A stretch of 64,000 nucleotides of DNA from Bugula neritina (Eukaryota; Animalia; Bryozoa). A model generated the notes under the pieces. That model ran no database searches. It saw only the letters and a program-made list of their open reading frames with translations, and was not told the DNA's origin. Positions 1 through 12,560 of the stretch are shown here, one piece after another. The stretch lies in the NCBI GenBank assembly GCA_964035545.1, contig OZ037766.1, positions 7,678,722 to 7,742,721 of the forward strand, written 5' to 3'. Made by a program: the position numbers and the translations under genes. Positions within the stretch are counted from its first letter, which is position 1; the number at the start of each line of letters is the position of its first letter.

Positions 1-1158
1 GGCTCTGAGAAGCTATGTTGACAATAATAAGTTTCCGTTATGAGTAACATTAAATTTAATTATGATAGTTGATGGCTCATATTTGACTCCAAGCAGTTGA
101 TAACTATAACATTTGGTGACATAATTTCATGCTGAAAAATATGTATAGGGGGAAGGAAGCTTGGGGAATCTTGCAGCAATAAATTGCAAACGTCGTTTTT
201 TATATTATTGAATCAAAATGGTGTTGCTGACAGGGGTTGCAAACAGCAACAAACTAATATAGATGAAAACGTTGGTATAGTTTGTATCTCATTAGAAGGG
301 ATAAAAGCTGTACTATTTGTAAATCATAAAATAATTGTCGCAAATTTATGTGGACTAGTATTTTTTGAATTATATAAATAGTGCTCCTTTGATACGGAAA
401 TAATCATCACTAAAAATTTATAATAAACCAAGGCTGGGCTTTTATTCTTAAGACATTTTTTATAATATTTTCAATGAAAAATTATTGCCTAACCATATCT
501 ATTTTTGTATAGGTTAAGGTATATATATGTTATCTTTGTATCAATTTTTTATACTTGTGCATAATAATAATCTTTGTAATTTTATGTTAGTAATTGCAAA
601 AAGATGCCTATTTCGTTTTGCAAAACTGAAATTTGAACAAATAAAAGCTCTAAAAGTTTATAACACTGTTTTTATAAAACCGTTTAGTGTTTTGCTAAAA
701 ATAATTCAAATAAATTAAATAAACTACTATGTCATCTCTATTAGAGAGATGCTGTGTCATGTAATCATTTTAATCAATAACTGTTGAACTTTTCAATGGT
801 GTACTGAATGGTACTGGATGGCAGATGTCCTCTAAACATAGTTTTAAATTATTTTTTGAAGTTTGAAATTGCTGCAATTTTATTTCATCTAAAAATATTT
901 TTGTAATTTTATTGACCTTTTTTGCAATAAGTTTTGCCAAGCAGTTTTATACTTGTTTATAGCAACAATGCAATATGAGAAGCAATGCTAAATATGTATG
1001 TAAAAACTAATGCTATGCATTGTTTAGTGTCATATAAGGTTATTATGAAATTATTATACTTTTGATTTACTCAAATTTTCTTTAGTGGGCACAAATAGCT
1101 GTAGTGAAAGTATCTCCTGGATAGAGTGTTGAAATCGCCGCTCACTCCTAGCTTCAGT

Positions 1159-4100
1159 ATGTTGAGAGCTGCCAAGTCTAAAACAAGGGTGTGCCTTTGG
1201 GCAAATAACAAGCTGGTAACATTGGAAATTTACTATGTTTATTTCATTCTCTTTTTTTCTGATCCTAATATAATAATTAAGTCTCACAATATTATTTTGC
1301 GTTTTTTTCTGAAATCGAATGTTTTTAGCTCAAATAAAAAGACAATAAACTTGACTTTCAAAAATTGCTTTTTTTTCTTCAAACTAAATTAAATAAAGTG
1401 ACGATGTTTAAAATTGTTAAGTTTTATCTCTGTGTATTTTAGACTCCTCATAATGTAGAATATATTCTCGCTAATGCAACACCTTTAGCATTGACAGATG
1501 GGCGAACACTGAATACATCACCTCTACCATTTGAAGAACAGTAAAATTTATTCATGTTTAATTTAAACTTTACTACTTTGGCAATGCCTACATAATTTTT
1601 TCAAAGCTAGATAACTGCCATGGTTATACATAATACTATTTAAAGTATAACTTCTTTGCATGTATCCATACTATGATTCTATAATTTATGTCAGTCTATA
1701 TTATAGAGAAGTGTGCTCCATGTGTGTCACTCGTTTATTATTTATACCAAGTATTTATTCCTTTTAGGCCCAACAGAGGTGGAAGCTGGCGATGGATCGC
1801 TGGGGGAGTGGCCATCTTAGGGGTTGGAATGGGAACTCTATATGCAAGCGATGATGCAAGGCACTGGTTCATCGAAAAGATTCCTGCCAGCAAATCTCAG
1901 TTTGCTAGGCTAGGCCTTAGCGTAGAACGACCTATCACGTAATATTTTACTAATGCTGTGTTCTCACCATTTGAAGCACCTCACACTTGACTACTTTTGG
2001 AAATGGCTTATTTTACTTACAGAATTATGTTTTCATTAATGAATATGGTGCCAAGCTTAGAGATTGGGAGACCACCTGTGATATGAATGCATTTTAAATA
2101 TCTGTATATTTGAAGTGAAACTGTTACTTGTTCAGCCAATTGTATAATCACCGTCATGTTTTGGTAAAACTGCAGCTTTTCTTTTCAGCCTAGTGATAGA
2201 AGAACCAAGTGGCCCACAGCCTGTTGACAGCCCAACCAGGTAATTCTCCTCTCAGTTTTCTTGTTAGTTGTTGACTCCTAATACTATGAGACTCTGGTTA
2301 AGGAAAGCGTTGAAGGAATTGATACTAACCAGAGTTGGGCTTGCAGTCTAAACGATGAAATGAAATATCATTAAATGTCGATGCCTTTTCAATATTTGCA
2401 GTGAGATCAAATGCAGCACTACTTCTATAAAAGGTGTGGCTGATAAAACAGTCTCTGGATTGAGTGTAAACAACGCTCTAGCTAATGATCTCAGTAAAAA
2501 AGAAGGTAATCTCATCAGTTTATTATAAAACTACTGTTGATGTATTGCATTGTTAGGTTACACTTTTTCACTGTCAACGGTAATAAATTGAACATTACAC
2601 ATTTGCATAATCATATCGTTTTGCTTGTTCATAAAGTCAATTTAGATGCTGTTTCATCAATTTTTGTAAAAAAGTGCAGCTAATGATGAGGTTGTTTATG
2701 TTGTATATTACAGCTCACTATGTTAGCTTACATTTAATAGTTAATTATGTGTTGATATATACTCAACTCACAATATAGCTTGGACGAAAGAGGCCATTGA
2801 AAAGCATTTCTGTAAGTCAAAAAGCGCTGTTGAAAAACAACCTGCTGAGGTTTCCACCTCATCAGAACACCAGGAAAACATTCGACAGTTGAGAGAAAAA
2901 ACCTGTGGGGACCACGAAGGGGCATCCTTCCTACAGGCCGGAGCCGACAGTGCTAAGCTACTTATGAGCAACCTTGCATCACCAACTGCAGCTCAACTAG
3001 GTTCTTCCTTCACCTCTTTGCTCTTTTATTCAATCTGTTCTCAAAGTCTTTCTTTCATTTTGTTGTTGCTGCTTTCTACCTTTCATCACTGCTTCTCATT
3101 CGCTGCTGTAACTTGTAAAGCTGCCGTTCAACTTATATAAATAAGTTTTACATTTGTTTGCTAGCTTTTGTTCCTAACATTATGATACTTGTTGGCAGAG
3201 GAAAAGACCAGAAAAGAAAATGAGAGACATCAGCAGAAAATGGCGGAGAAAGAGCGGAAGGATGCTGAGTATTTGCAGAAGAAGAAGGAGAACCTCGAAA
3301 GAAGGGCAACTCTTGAGTTGGAGAAGCAGAAGAAACTGGAAGCTGAAGAGAAAGAAGCTGCAGAAGCAGCTCTCAATAACATCAGAAAAAATCACGGTAC
3401 TTTATATAATATAATATAATACTTATATAATTACTCATGCAAGTTTATAGTCGCCGTCCATGTGAGAAACCTCTGGTGGAAAAGGTTTTTGTTAAACCGG
3501 GTGAAAGAGTTATTCAGATGGGGCACAGAAGCAATTATAACTGGATGCTCTTTCTAACATCACCAATGGCCTTTTGCTAGGGTTTGAACCCATTACTTCA
3601 TGTTTACCAAGCCAAACGCTTTAACCTTTAAACCATGTCTGCTTCCTAAATACATCAGTGTAAAACATTATATTAGTATTGTATTATATTAGTATTACTT
3701 ATATGTAATACTAATATAATACAATACCAATATAATGTTTTACACTGATGTATAAAACCATACACAAAGCTTAAAACTCCAAATAATTTAAGCAAGTATT
3801 TTCTTTTTTCTCTGCTATTCTTTTTATTTGGTTTTATTCAACAGTGTGCTAGTTATAAATAAAGGTATTGAGGTATCGCTTAGGTCTTTATTTCTCTCCT
3901 CATCATTCTATATGGATTTCTTACTTACTTTAGAGTTTGAAGGACTTGCATCCAGGAGAATATCAGAAGTGTGTGAGGTTGCTGATCATGCCATTAAAAC
4001 TAGTAAGACAGCTATTGCCACCTGTAAAGAACACGCTAACAAGCTAAAAGAAGCAATGGATGTCAGCTTAGAAGAGGTTAGCTGGTCATAGCACTAATAC

Positions 4101-7100
4101 TTTTCGACTTCCATGTTCTCTTCAAATATACATTCATGAATTCAAGTTAAATGAATAATTTTATGCCAGCACTCTGGTGCCCATCTGCGGTTTCTGTGAT
4201 GTTACTGATAGATATCATAAGTCTTGAAACTGGAATTTTTTAAGATGTTTATTTTGCTTTTATCTGCAGGATTTTACTTTTCTTTTACATAGGAGGCTGT
4301 CAAGCTGTGGCCAGTGGTGCAAGATCTTAATGATGTCCGCCTTCAACAAATTGAAGAAGCCCACAGAGTTCAAAAACTAGCTGAAGAAGCAATTATTGAT
4401 TACCTGTCAATTATTGATGGCGCTAAGGCAGATCTAGACACTAAAGATAATCAGAATATTCCAGTTTATAGAAAACAAATCCAGGAGATTGCCTATCAAG
4501 TCCGATCAGTTTATGAAAAGGTAAGCAGTGACATATTTATTTGACAAAATATTTAAATGGGGGTAGCAATTTTATGGTGAAACTTGCCTCCGGAATTTTT
4601 TGTTAAAAGTTCAAGCTTTTACTTTCAACTGTTTTAATTTTTTCTATGATTAAAAGTTTGATTTTTCAGCAAAGATTTTATGTTCCATGTAAATTGTAAT
4701 TGTAATTATTCAAAGTTGATGCAACAGTTTAGCTTTGAAAAGTTTTATAATTGAGTTTAAAATTGTTTGTTTTATAAATAGAAAGAGACGTAAATTTGAA
4801 GCTTAACATTTGTTAAAATGTGTTATGTTAAGACTAATGAAGTATGTTTAGTAATATTTTGACCTTAATTATGGCATCTAGCTAAAACTGAATTATTTGT
4901 AAAGCATTTACTAATGTATAAAAGGATATATAAAATGACAAATATGAAAACATTAACAAGCACACTGTGCTTCACATATAAAATGTATTTTTAATTGTAA
5001 AACTAATGTCTTTAATTTTGATTTATTTATACCCTTTTTATCAATAATTTGATTCCAACTTTGAAGATGACCGTAATACTGGTCACAACTTAAGAGTAAT
5101 TCTTTATTAGCATCTTGAACATTCCACCATAACATCCACCAACACAAAACTTCTCATTTACTTTAAATACATTGCATTTTACAGTTGAAGAGCCAAGAAT
5201 CTGTGGCCACCATCATGAAACATTATTATCAAATTATGAAAAGAGATAAAGCAGATTTTCTCAAAGAACTTGAAGCAATTGTGCCACAAATTAAACTAGA
5301 TGAAAACGGTAAGTCTGTTGCTATTAAATCACTTTAAACAGGCCACTTTGTTTCCGTATGAGCATGAATACTGACTTTTTGAAATATGGCGGCAGGATTG
5401 AACCTATCGGAAGAGGAACTCAACTCTTTGCTGGCCCACGCTCACCGTAGAATCTTTCAGTTGAGACGGCAGCTTAAAGAGCAGCAGTTGTTGGAGCACC
5501 AGAGACTCGAGGATGCTCTGTGTGAACAGAGGAAGGCCGACTATGAAGAAGCTAACATTAAAATTGGAGAAGAGTTGGATAAACAGTACATTGAGATGCA
5601 AATGGTCAAGGAAGCTGAGGTAAGTGTATAAACAGAAATAAGTACATCGTACAAACAAGAGCAAATACAGTTCATGCATCCTATAAACAGGGGTATAAGT
5701 ATAAGACAAGAGCAAGTATCATTAATTAATAGTGAAACACACAGTATGCTATAGTTCACATTACTTTGTATGTTACACACCATACGTAAACAGGGCAAGA
5801 TCAGCATTAGTTAGAAAGCAATTGTATATAAAACTGAAGGAAATACTAAGTTATGTTAGGAGAATATCAAATGCTATGCCTCTTAAACTTCAATTCGAAA
5901 ATAGTAATAAGAAGCTTCACTGCACTCCATATATGCTGGCAAACACTAAGGCATGTGTTATCTAATTACAACATGGTTAAGCCAGTAAAATGTGGCAGCA
6001 TAGATGAAGGTAGAGAAATATTGAATAAAGGTAGCTTACCACATTAGATTTATCACTATAAATGGGTAACATTCTGGATTGTATTCTTCCAAGACCCAGC
6101 ATTCATAATAACATATATTACATGTTTGTTAATTAATGTCTGTGGCTGCAATCAGTTGGTGATTTTTTACTTTTTTCATTTACAAAATTACCAAGCCAAG
6201 CCTTTGTTGACTTCCTTTCCTTTTATAAATTTCACCCGTTAAGGTTTGTCATTATTTTCATGTTTTATTTCTAGCTGTTAGCACAGAGTAAACGGTTTGA
6301 GGCTGAAATAGAGGAGAGAGTTGCAAAAGAGTCTGGCTCCTATCATGATCGCCTGCAAGACATGCTGGCATTGCAGCAGAAGCAACTAATGGGTGTGTTT
6401 GAGCTGTCACTGAAAGAGAGGCTTATACACGAGCGACACATATTTATGGACAACATAGCTAAGAACATTGCTAAAGTCAAAGGCTTAGAATCAGCTTTAG
6501 AAGGTTTGTGTTTCTTTATTGCCACCATCTATCAGAATTTTTTGTTGTGACAGACCTAGCAATTTTCCTTAAATCATATGACAAACATACTAAAACTGTG
6601 CTCAAAAATGTATTAGGGCCTTTTAATCAACTATGATTTATAACATTAATATAACTGCTATCTGCTACCAGATTTTTTGTTACAGAAAAGCTCAGTTTTT
6701 GTGGGTAAAATGTTGAAGTTATAAGTATTGCTAAAATCTGAAAAAATAACTTTTAATACCATTTTCCTATTGTGCCAACAGAAAGAGCTAATTTGGAGAA
6801 AGTAATAACCCATGTGCAAGACTTGACATGCAGTTCACTGTGTCTAATGCACGCTATAGCTCATGATGGTAAGTTGCTTTCATATTTGGTACTTACCTCT
6901 ACTCAATTCTACTGCTTTTGTGTTGTTAGCCAATTTACATAAATGCATATTTTGAAGAAATATACTTTGAAAATTGTGCTTCACTGAAGTTCATCAAATA
7001 TATATACAATTATTGCACTTTCTTAGTTTCTGATAGAGGAGCAGCCGTGCTCTAGTGATTAGGGCGATTGCTTAGTAAATCCGTAGTCATGGGTTCGATA

Positions 7101-7898
7101 CCCAGTAGGGGCCATTGATGTTAGAAAGAGCATCCAGTTATAATTGCTCTTGTGCCACATATGAATAAGTTCTTAGTCTAATTCAACAAAACACTATTTC
7201 CATCAGAGATTTCTCACAGGGATAGTAACTATAAACTAGTACGGGTTTTTATAGAATAACTGGTGAATTATTTTGTTACTGTTTTGCTAGTTTTTTTATA
7301 TAGTTTTAAAAAAAAGGTGACTGACACTCTCTGAAATCTGATGAAAGACAACGTATGCAAAGAAGTGTAGGTGCTACTCTGCTTAAACTGAAAACCTTTT
7401 CTTGTAGTTGACTGTGTTGGAGAGGAATATGATATTATCAGGATAGATGATCCTCTAAAACGTTGCTTCCTTGCAGCTGAACAAAATCCTTTCGCCCAAG
7501 CCATTCTACACACAATACCAAACTTAGCAGCAGAACGTGGTATATACACCATCTCTAGTCTTGAGAAACGGTTTGAAAGAGTGTATGCAGAGTGTAGAAA
7601 AGCCTTAGATGGCTGGCTAACTTACTTTTTCACAGACCCTAAGCCTAAATATTTGAATGCTGCTGAATTTGAGTCAGCAGAGGGCATGTCTCAGACAGAT
7701 CTGATTGTGCAAGCCAAGTATTTTATGGATAAGAAGTGTATGGCTGAGGCTGTGAGGTGTTTGATTCAATTAGATGGGACTGCTAGATCTTTAGCTCAAG
7801 ACTGGATTGAGGAAGCTAGACTTGTGCTGGAGGTTCGTCAGGCTGCTGAAGTGCTCTTGGCGTTTGCTAGCTCTAAAGGCATGGGCACTATATTTTAA
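1159..7898 (+). CDS. IMMT: MICOS complex subunit Mic60/mitofilin (about 14 coding exons)
   Basis: Start MLRAAKSK at 1159; TM-like exon 1769-1938 (WRWIAGGVAILGVGMGTLY); coiled-coil exons; motif LSEEELNSLLAHAHRRIFQL (exon ~5396-5619); last exon ~7408-7898 with RGIYTISSLEKRF and QDWIEEARLVLEVRQAAEVLLAFA (mitofilin domain). GT-AG exons approx 1159-1215, 1444-1540, 1769-1938, 2189-2239, 2403-2505, 2779-?, 3199-3396, 3934-4076, 4293-4520, 5185-5308, 5396-5619, 6274-6503, 6782-6868, 7408-7898. The donor of the 2779 exon is unresolved. AATAAA near 8024 and 8050. Confidence 0.92.
3441..3647 (-). mobile_element. tRNA-derived SINE copy A (IMMT intron)
   Basis: Reverse complement aligns by eye with copies at 7036, 27200 and 58396: A-box/B-box-like head (GGTTTAAAGG...GGGTTCAAACCC), then GATGTTAGAAAGAGCATCCAGTTATAATTGCT core. 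Confidence 0.8.
3650..3753. repeat. Fold-back palindrome (49-bp arms, 1 mismatch, 6-nt loop); possible TA-flanked MITE
   Basis: ATACATCAGTGTAAAACATTATATTAGTATTG... pairs with ...CAATACCAATATAATGTTTTACACTGATGTAT. Confidence 0.85.
7036..7250 (+). mobile_element. tRNA-derived SINE copy B (IMMT intron)
   Basis: GCCGTGCTCTAGTG (A-box-like), GGGTTCGATACCC (B-box), shared core GATGTTAGAAAGAGCATCCAGTTATAATTGCTC and tail ...TTTCTCACAGGG. Confidence 0.82.
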
Positions 7899-9260
7899 AT
7901 TGTCTTGTTTGAGTATTGAAATAATCCACATTAAAGTCCAACGGTTATGTAAGGTTTAAGTCTGCATTTTCGATGTCTGTGAGTTGTTAATATATATTTA
8001 TTGCTCTATTTTTGAAAACGTGAAATAAATGTTGATGCTGCTAAGCCATAATAAAGTAAAACAAATTTAAAATATTATATTTAATGTAATGATTAAATTC
8101 ATTGAAATAGCTATGGGGTAAAAACACTTTCCAAATTTCAACAAAAAGAAAAACAAGTTAAAAAAGATAATAAAATAGCAAATGGTAGAATAATTTAATG
8201 TGTGTAGTTGTACATTTTTGGTGAAAATATTGCAAATAATGTTTGCAACATACATAATCAATGAAATAAAGTACAGTTAATGAAATTTGCAAAAATGTAG
8301 AATGAAAATATAAAGCTCTTTCAATGACTAATAAATATTCCAAGATAAATGTTCATGAAATCTATTACTTGGAGCCAATAACCACCGGCATGCTGTTTCT
8401 AGTTTCTTCACATAGCTTCAGGACGTCATATTTTCAATTGACCTCACATAGATAACCTAAACTGAAGAAAGAATTGGAAGAAGATGAAATGCAGATTATG
8501 TATTCTCCATTGTTCAAATGGGTTTCAGTTACATTTAATAAATAGCTATATACTGCTATGGGTCTATTCATAAGAATTTTGCTGCTTGAAACACAACTTC
8601 AAGTTAAGAATGCTTTAATTCTGCCAGCAATTAAGAAACATGTATGGCTACAGCATAGTACAGACAATGTCTTAGTTATAAAATTAACTACATTCATTTT
8701 CACTTCACTTATTTCACATTAATTTTTGCTAAATTATTTAATTAGACTTAAAACTCTGGAGTTGTAAACTTTAGTAATTTTAAAAAAGGATAGGCTGATT
8801 GTAGGCTAAGTAATTAAATGATGCGCATGCCATATGTGTATTCAAGTATATGATCTATAACTATTTTGAGAGCTATAATAATGTACATTCTACACTCTAC
8901 ACAACATATCCACCTCCCTTTTACCTGGAGCTATACAAGCTACATGTAGTTGGCAACTTACCTAATAAAGAATTCACCAATCACCTATGATACTTCCATG
9001 CACTCAAGGAGGCCATAATGAAGATGAACGAATTTTTGGTCACTGTCTTTGACTTTAAAATAGAACATATAAATTTAGAAGTATGAAGCTTATTAGTCAG
9101 TGATCAGTTATCAATGTGTATTAAGTTCTTGATTAACTGTTATCAGTGAAGTTGCTAAAGTGACTAGTTTTCCTAAAGTTAGGTGTTAAAGTGCTTTACG
9201 ATATTGTGAAGTACCAGAGGAATTGACTTGAAGCCTAAAAACATGTTTAAAGAATCCCTA

Positions 9261-9409
9261 ACACACTTCACTTATGCAGTATTAAAATATTCTTATATAT
9301 CTTGGTTTTCATCTACATGCTGTTTTAAGGTTGTATGCCTAATAAATTTAGTTTTATAATAAGTTTTGTTCGAGTATGTGCTGAAATGATTTGGGATTTC
9401 TGATTGCTT
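9261..9409. repeat. Dispersed ~150-bp repeat (second copy at 19639-19788)
   Basis: ACACACTT..CTTATGCAGTA.TAAAATATTCTTATATAT...GAGTATGT.CTGAAATG.TTTGGGATTTCTGAT shared in the same orientation. Confidence 0.8.
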
Positions 9410-10190
9410 GTGGCAGTAGCTAAGGCGGTTAAGGACTTCAGACCATATCTGTATGGGTGTACGTTCAGACTACGAATGGATCACGCGTCATTGGTATGGC
9501 TGTGCGGAGGAGCTGAACTTTCTAGTCAAGTTACGCATTGGCTTGAAATTTTGGCTGGGTTTTCATACCGGATCGAGCGAGCATACCGTAGTACCCCTCA
9601 CTCCAGTACATTGGAGACCCAAACTTTCTTATGCTCGGTAGAGAAACGAGGGTTTTTGAGCATTTAACCTACCATGTTCCTGCTCTGGAGAGCAGCGTCC
9701 ACGAGTACGTGGATGAGCTCATTACTCGCATGAGGACGGCTCACGAATTTTTGTGTGAGCAGCAATGGCAGTTGAGGAGTGGAGATTTTGACGGCTCCCC
9801 TTTGTAGAAGGTGCGAGTCTGGGTCTGGATTATCAGTCACCGCCGGCAAAGTTTGTGGGCCGTTATTGCATGACCGAGGTGATATCAAATCACACGCATA
9901 AGGTGAAACGTTCGGGTCAGGTGTCAATCTAGAACGAGGCCCACCTGAAGCCATATTGGGTGAGCCCTGGTGCAGTGGGGCAGGCTTCTCCACTCCTGGA
10001 ACCTACGCACCGTCCGACCATGAGGGGACAGGCTAGGGCTGACGAAGAGTTGGAGGTTATAGTGCAGATTCCGGAAGAGGAGGCCGACAAGCCAGCCCCA
10101 CCACCAGTGAAGCCGGCCGACACACCTGCAATCCCCAAGGAGATGGAGACTCCTTAAATTGATGAGGATAATAGAGCTGGGGAGGACCCA
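9404..10190 (+). mobile_element. Ty3/Gypsy LTR-retrotransposon pol fragment (RNase H joined to integrase C-terminus)
   Basis: AVKDFRPYLYGCTFRLRMDHASLVWL...HWLEILAGFSYRIE (Ty3 RNase H end) runs directly into AYRSTPHSST (integrase post-core motif); frameshifts; GC-richer than flanks; purine tract near 10170-10186. Confidence 0.85.
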
Positions 10191-10269
10191 CCCGTACCGG
10201 GTTATTGTCATTGTAAAAAGTGTGCAAAAATAATATTGGTGTAAACCAACACTTGTACAATTAATCCTC

Positions 10270-12560
10270 TTTTTACCAGTATTGCATATACTTCTAACTT
10301 AGAAAAAATAGCCAGCATTCAGTCAAGAGTTGAGGCACCATGTATCTACATACTGGCTCGATCTAGCTCATCTGTTAAAGATCCGCTGTTTTATGTTCCA
10401 ACTCGATAGGAAAACATGAAGATGCTAATGCAACTGATTACCTTGGCAGATGGGAGAGAATTTCATGATGTACTAAGGGGCATAACCAACGTCTGCTGAC
10501 ATATATTTTTGAGAATCTCATTTCAGGAATGTTTCCATGCATATGCGGAGTGCAGGATGAATATTTTGGAAATGAAAGTTTACATAGTAAAAGTGGCAGC
10601 TTCCACAACTTAGATTCAAAACTCCAGCACCTCCAGAAAACCAAAAAATGGAAATCAGGCTTTGATAGTGGAAATATTGCTGTTTTCCAAACTCTCAGGG
10701 TATGTTGTAGGCTATATGCGAAACTATATAAATAAGCTTGAGGGTAATATTTTAAAAACAAAGTGCATTTATTAATTTGTTTATTGTATTCAAGACTGAA
10801 GAACTCCTAAGAAGAAATGTTGCTTTCTCTAATTCAGATCAACCGGCATAACTAAAGAAACTGCTAAATGTTAATCTCAAAGGTAGCAAAGCTGATGACC
10901 AACTAATTATTCATGTGAGCTCCTCTGGTGGAAGAATTTGGCTTTAAAGGCTAAAGGGTACTTTGAATGTGTTCGTGTGTAGACGGCATATAATTATAAA
11001 GAAGATAAATATCATTTTGAACTTGACAATAGGATCAAGAGGATTCTAGCATTGCTTTGTTCAAGACTGGAGAATGACGTCAATATTTCGCAGTATGAAA
11101 TAGCACTAATGGAGCCATTACTTGATTTCAAAAATGTAATCAACAGAGTATTGAAAGAGCTTCTTCATTCTAAAGAAGAAAAAGAATTAAAAGTGATGCT
11201 AACAAATCTACTTTCTGACATAGAAGATAAACATTATTGTTTTAATATAACAGATATTGCTGTAAAAGTTTTAGAGAAAATAAAATGTATGAATAAAAAT
11301 TCAAATCTTGTGGCATACTTAATCTAGTTTATAAAAATTCAATAGAAAAATTCTAACAATTGAGGTTAGAGCATTTATGTAATAATACAAATTTCCACGT
11401 TATGTTAGTAGTTTAACTAGTTGCATTTGATAATTTAATCTACACAATGCTAAAAAACCAGGATGTTAGGTAAGAGCTTGTGCATTTATACAACTGTAAC
11501 TACCACACTGCATGAGTTCTGCATTTTATTACAGCACAAAACTGGGAAATGAAAGGTATGGAAAGTAGGATGAACCTTGTAAAAGTGGCTGTAATGCTAA
11601 AAAAATTTGAATTTACTCCTGATGGCTGGAAAATTTATACAAAGCTTCTTTCGCTAATTGAGTTACAAAGATTGGCATACGCTCTTGATCAGCAAGGAAC
11701 CCAGAAGAATATTTTAGGGCATACAATCATAGTTTTCTATTTGCTATGAAATGCATTGAGTTGTTTAAAGAACCGAAGACATGCAACAAACAGGCAATGT
11801 TTGACATGCCATTTCATTGTTTAACTGTTCATCTACCAGACACCCTGAGGATAGTTTCAGGCCGATCCCTAGTAGCAGAAAAGTATTTCCACAAGCTAAG
11901 GTGAAAGCTGTCATTTGACGGCATATATTCAGGATACTGATAGAGTTTGTGAAAAATAAATGAGTAGTTCAACTTGATTGAAAATAAAAAATGTTCAGTC
12001 TTTCAACAACTAATAAAACTTCTTAAAATAATTTACTTTAGGGAAATTGCTTTGAGATGCTCCAACAGAGAAGCCATCGATATCATTTTCAAAGCAATGT
12101 TCAGGGCAGCTGTAGAGAAAACAGCTGACAGCACACCAGAGAGCAGCATTGCAGTGCAAGAGAAGCAAATCAATAAAAAATAAGCAGTTCATCAATTACA
12201 AAATCTTGCTGTGTGCTATATATCGAACAACATACTGTTATCTCAACCAAGTAAGTTTTAATTTTAGTTATATTATAGCTTGTTTTATATGCAAATAATA
12301 CTGCAACACCATCCAGCAGTTTATAGTGATAAAGCATATTTATTGTAAGAATGTTTTGATTTCTAGATTTCGAAAGACACAGTTTAAGCGAGTATCTGAC
12401 TACCTAGAACTAGGAGAGGGTACGTGGTACTCAATGCGAGAAGGAGCTATAGAATTTCATGATGGTGACAGCTCTCCTGGTAGCCATGATGCAGGACCTG
12501 CGTTGGCTCATTTTCGGTACCTAAACAATATTCCTTATTCAAATAGTCCACTGCCGAAGG
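10270..12560 (+). pseudogene. Decayed intron-containing DDE transposase of the Transib/RAG1/Chapaev-like group
   Basis: Colinear fragments IQSRVEAPCIYILARSSSS..YVPTR*, GMFPCICG, GIKRILALL..YEIALMEPLLDFKNVIN, LFKEPKTCNKQAMFDMPFHCLTVHLPDTLRIVSGRSLVAE, FKRVSDYLELGEGTWY..IEFHDGD; stops and frameshifts; no TIRs found. Boundaries uncertain (may extend ~8400-13520). Confidence 0.5.

Noticed and set aside
7036-7115. tRNA-like heads of the SINE copies as real tRNA genes
   Set aside because: No complete cloverleaf, and each continues into a shared non-tRNA core and tail.
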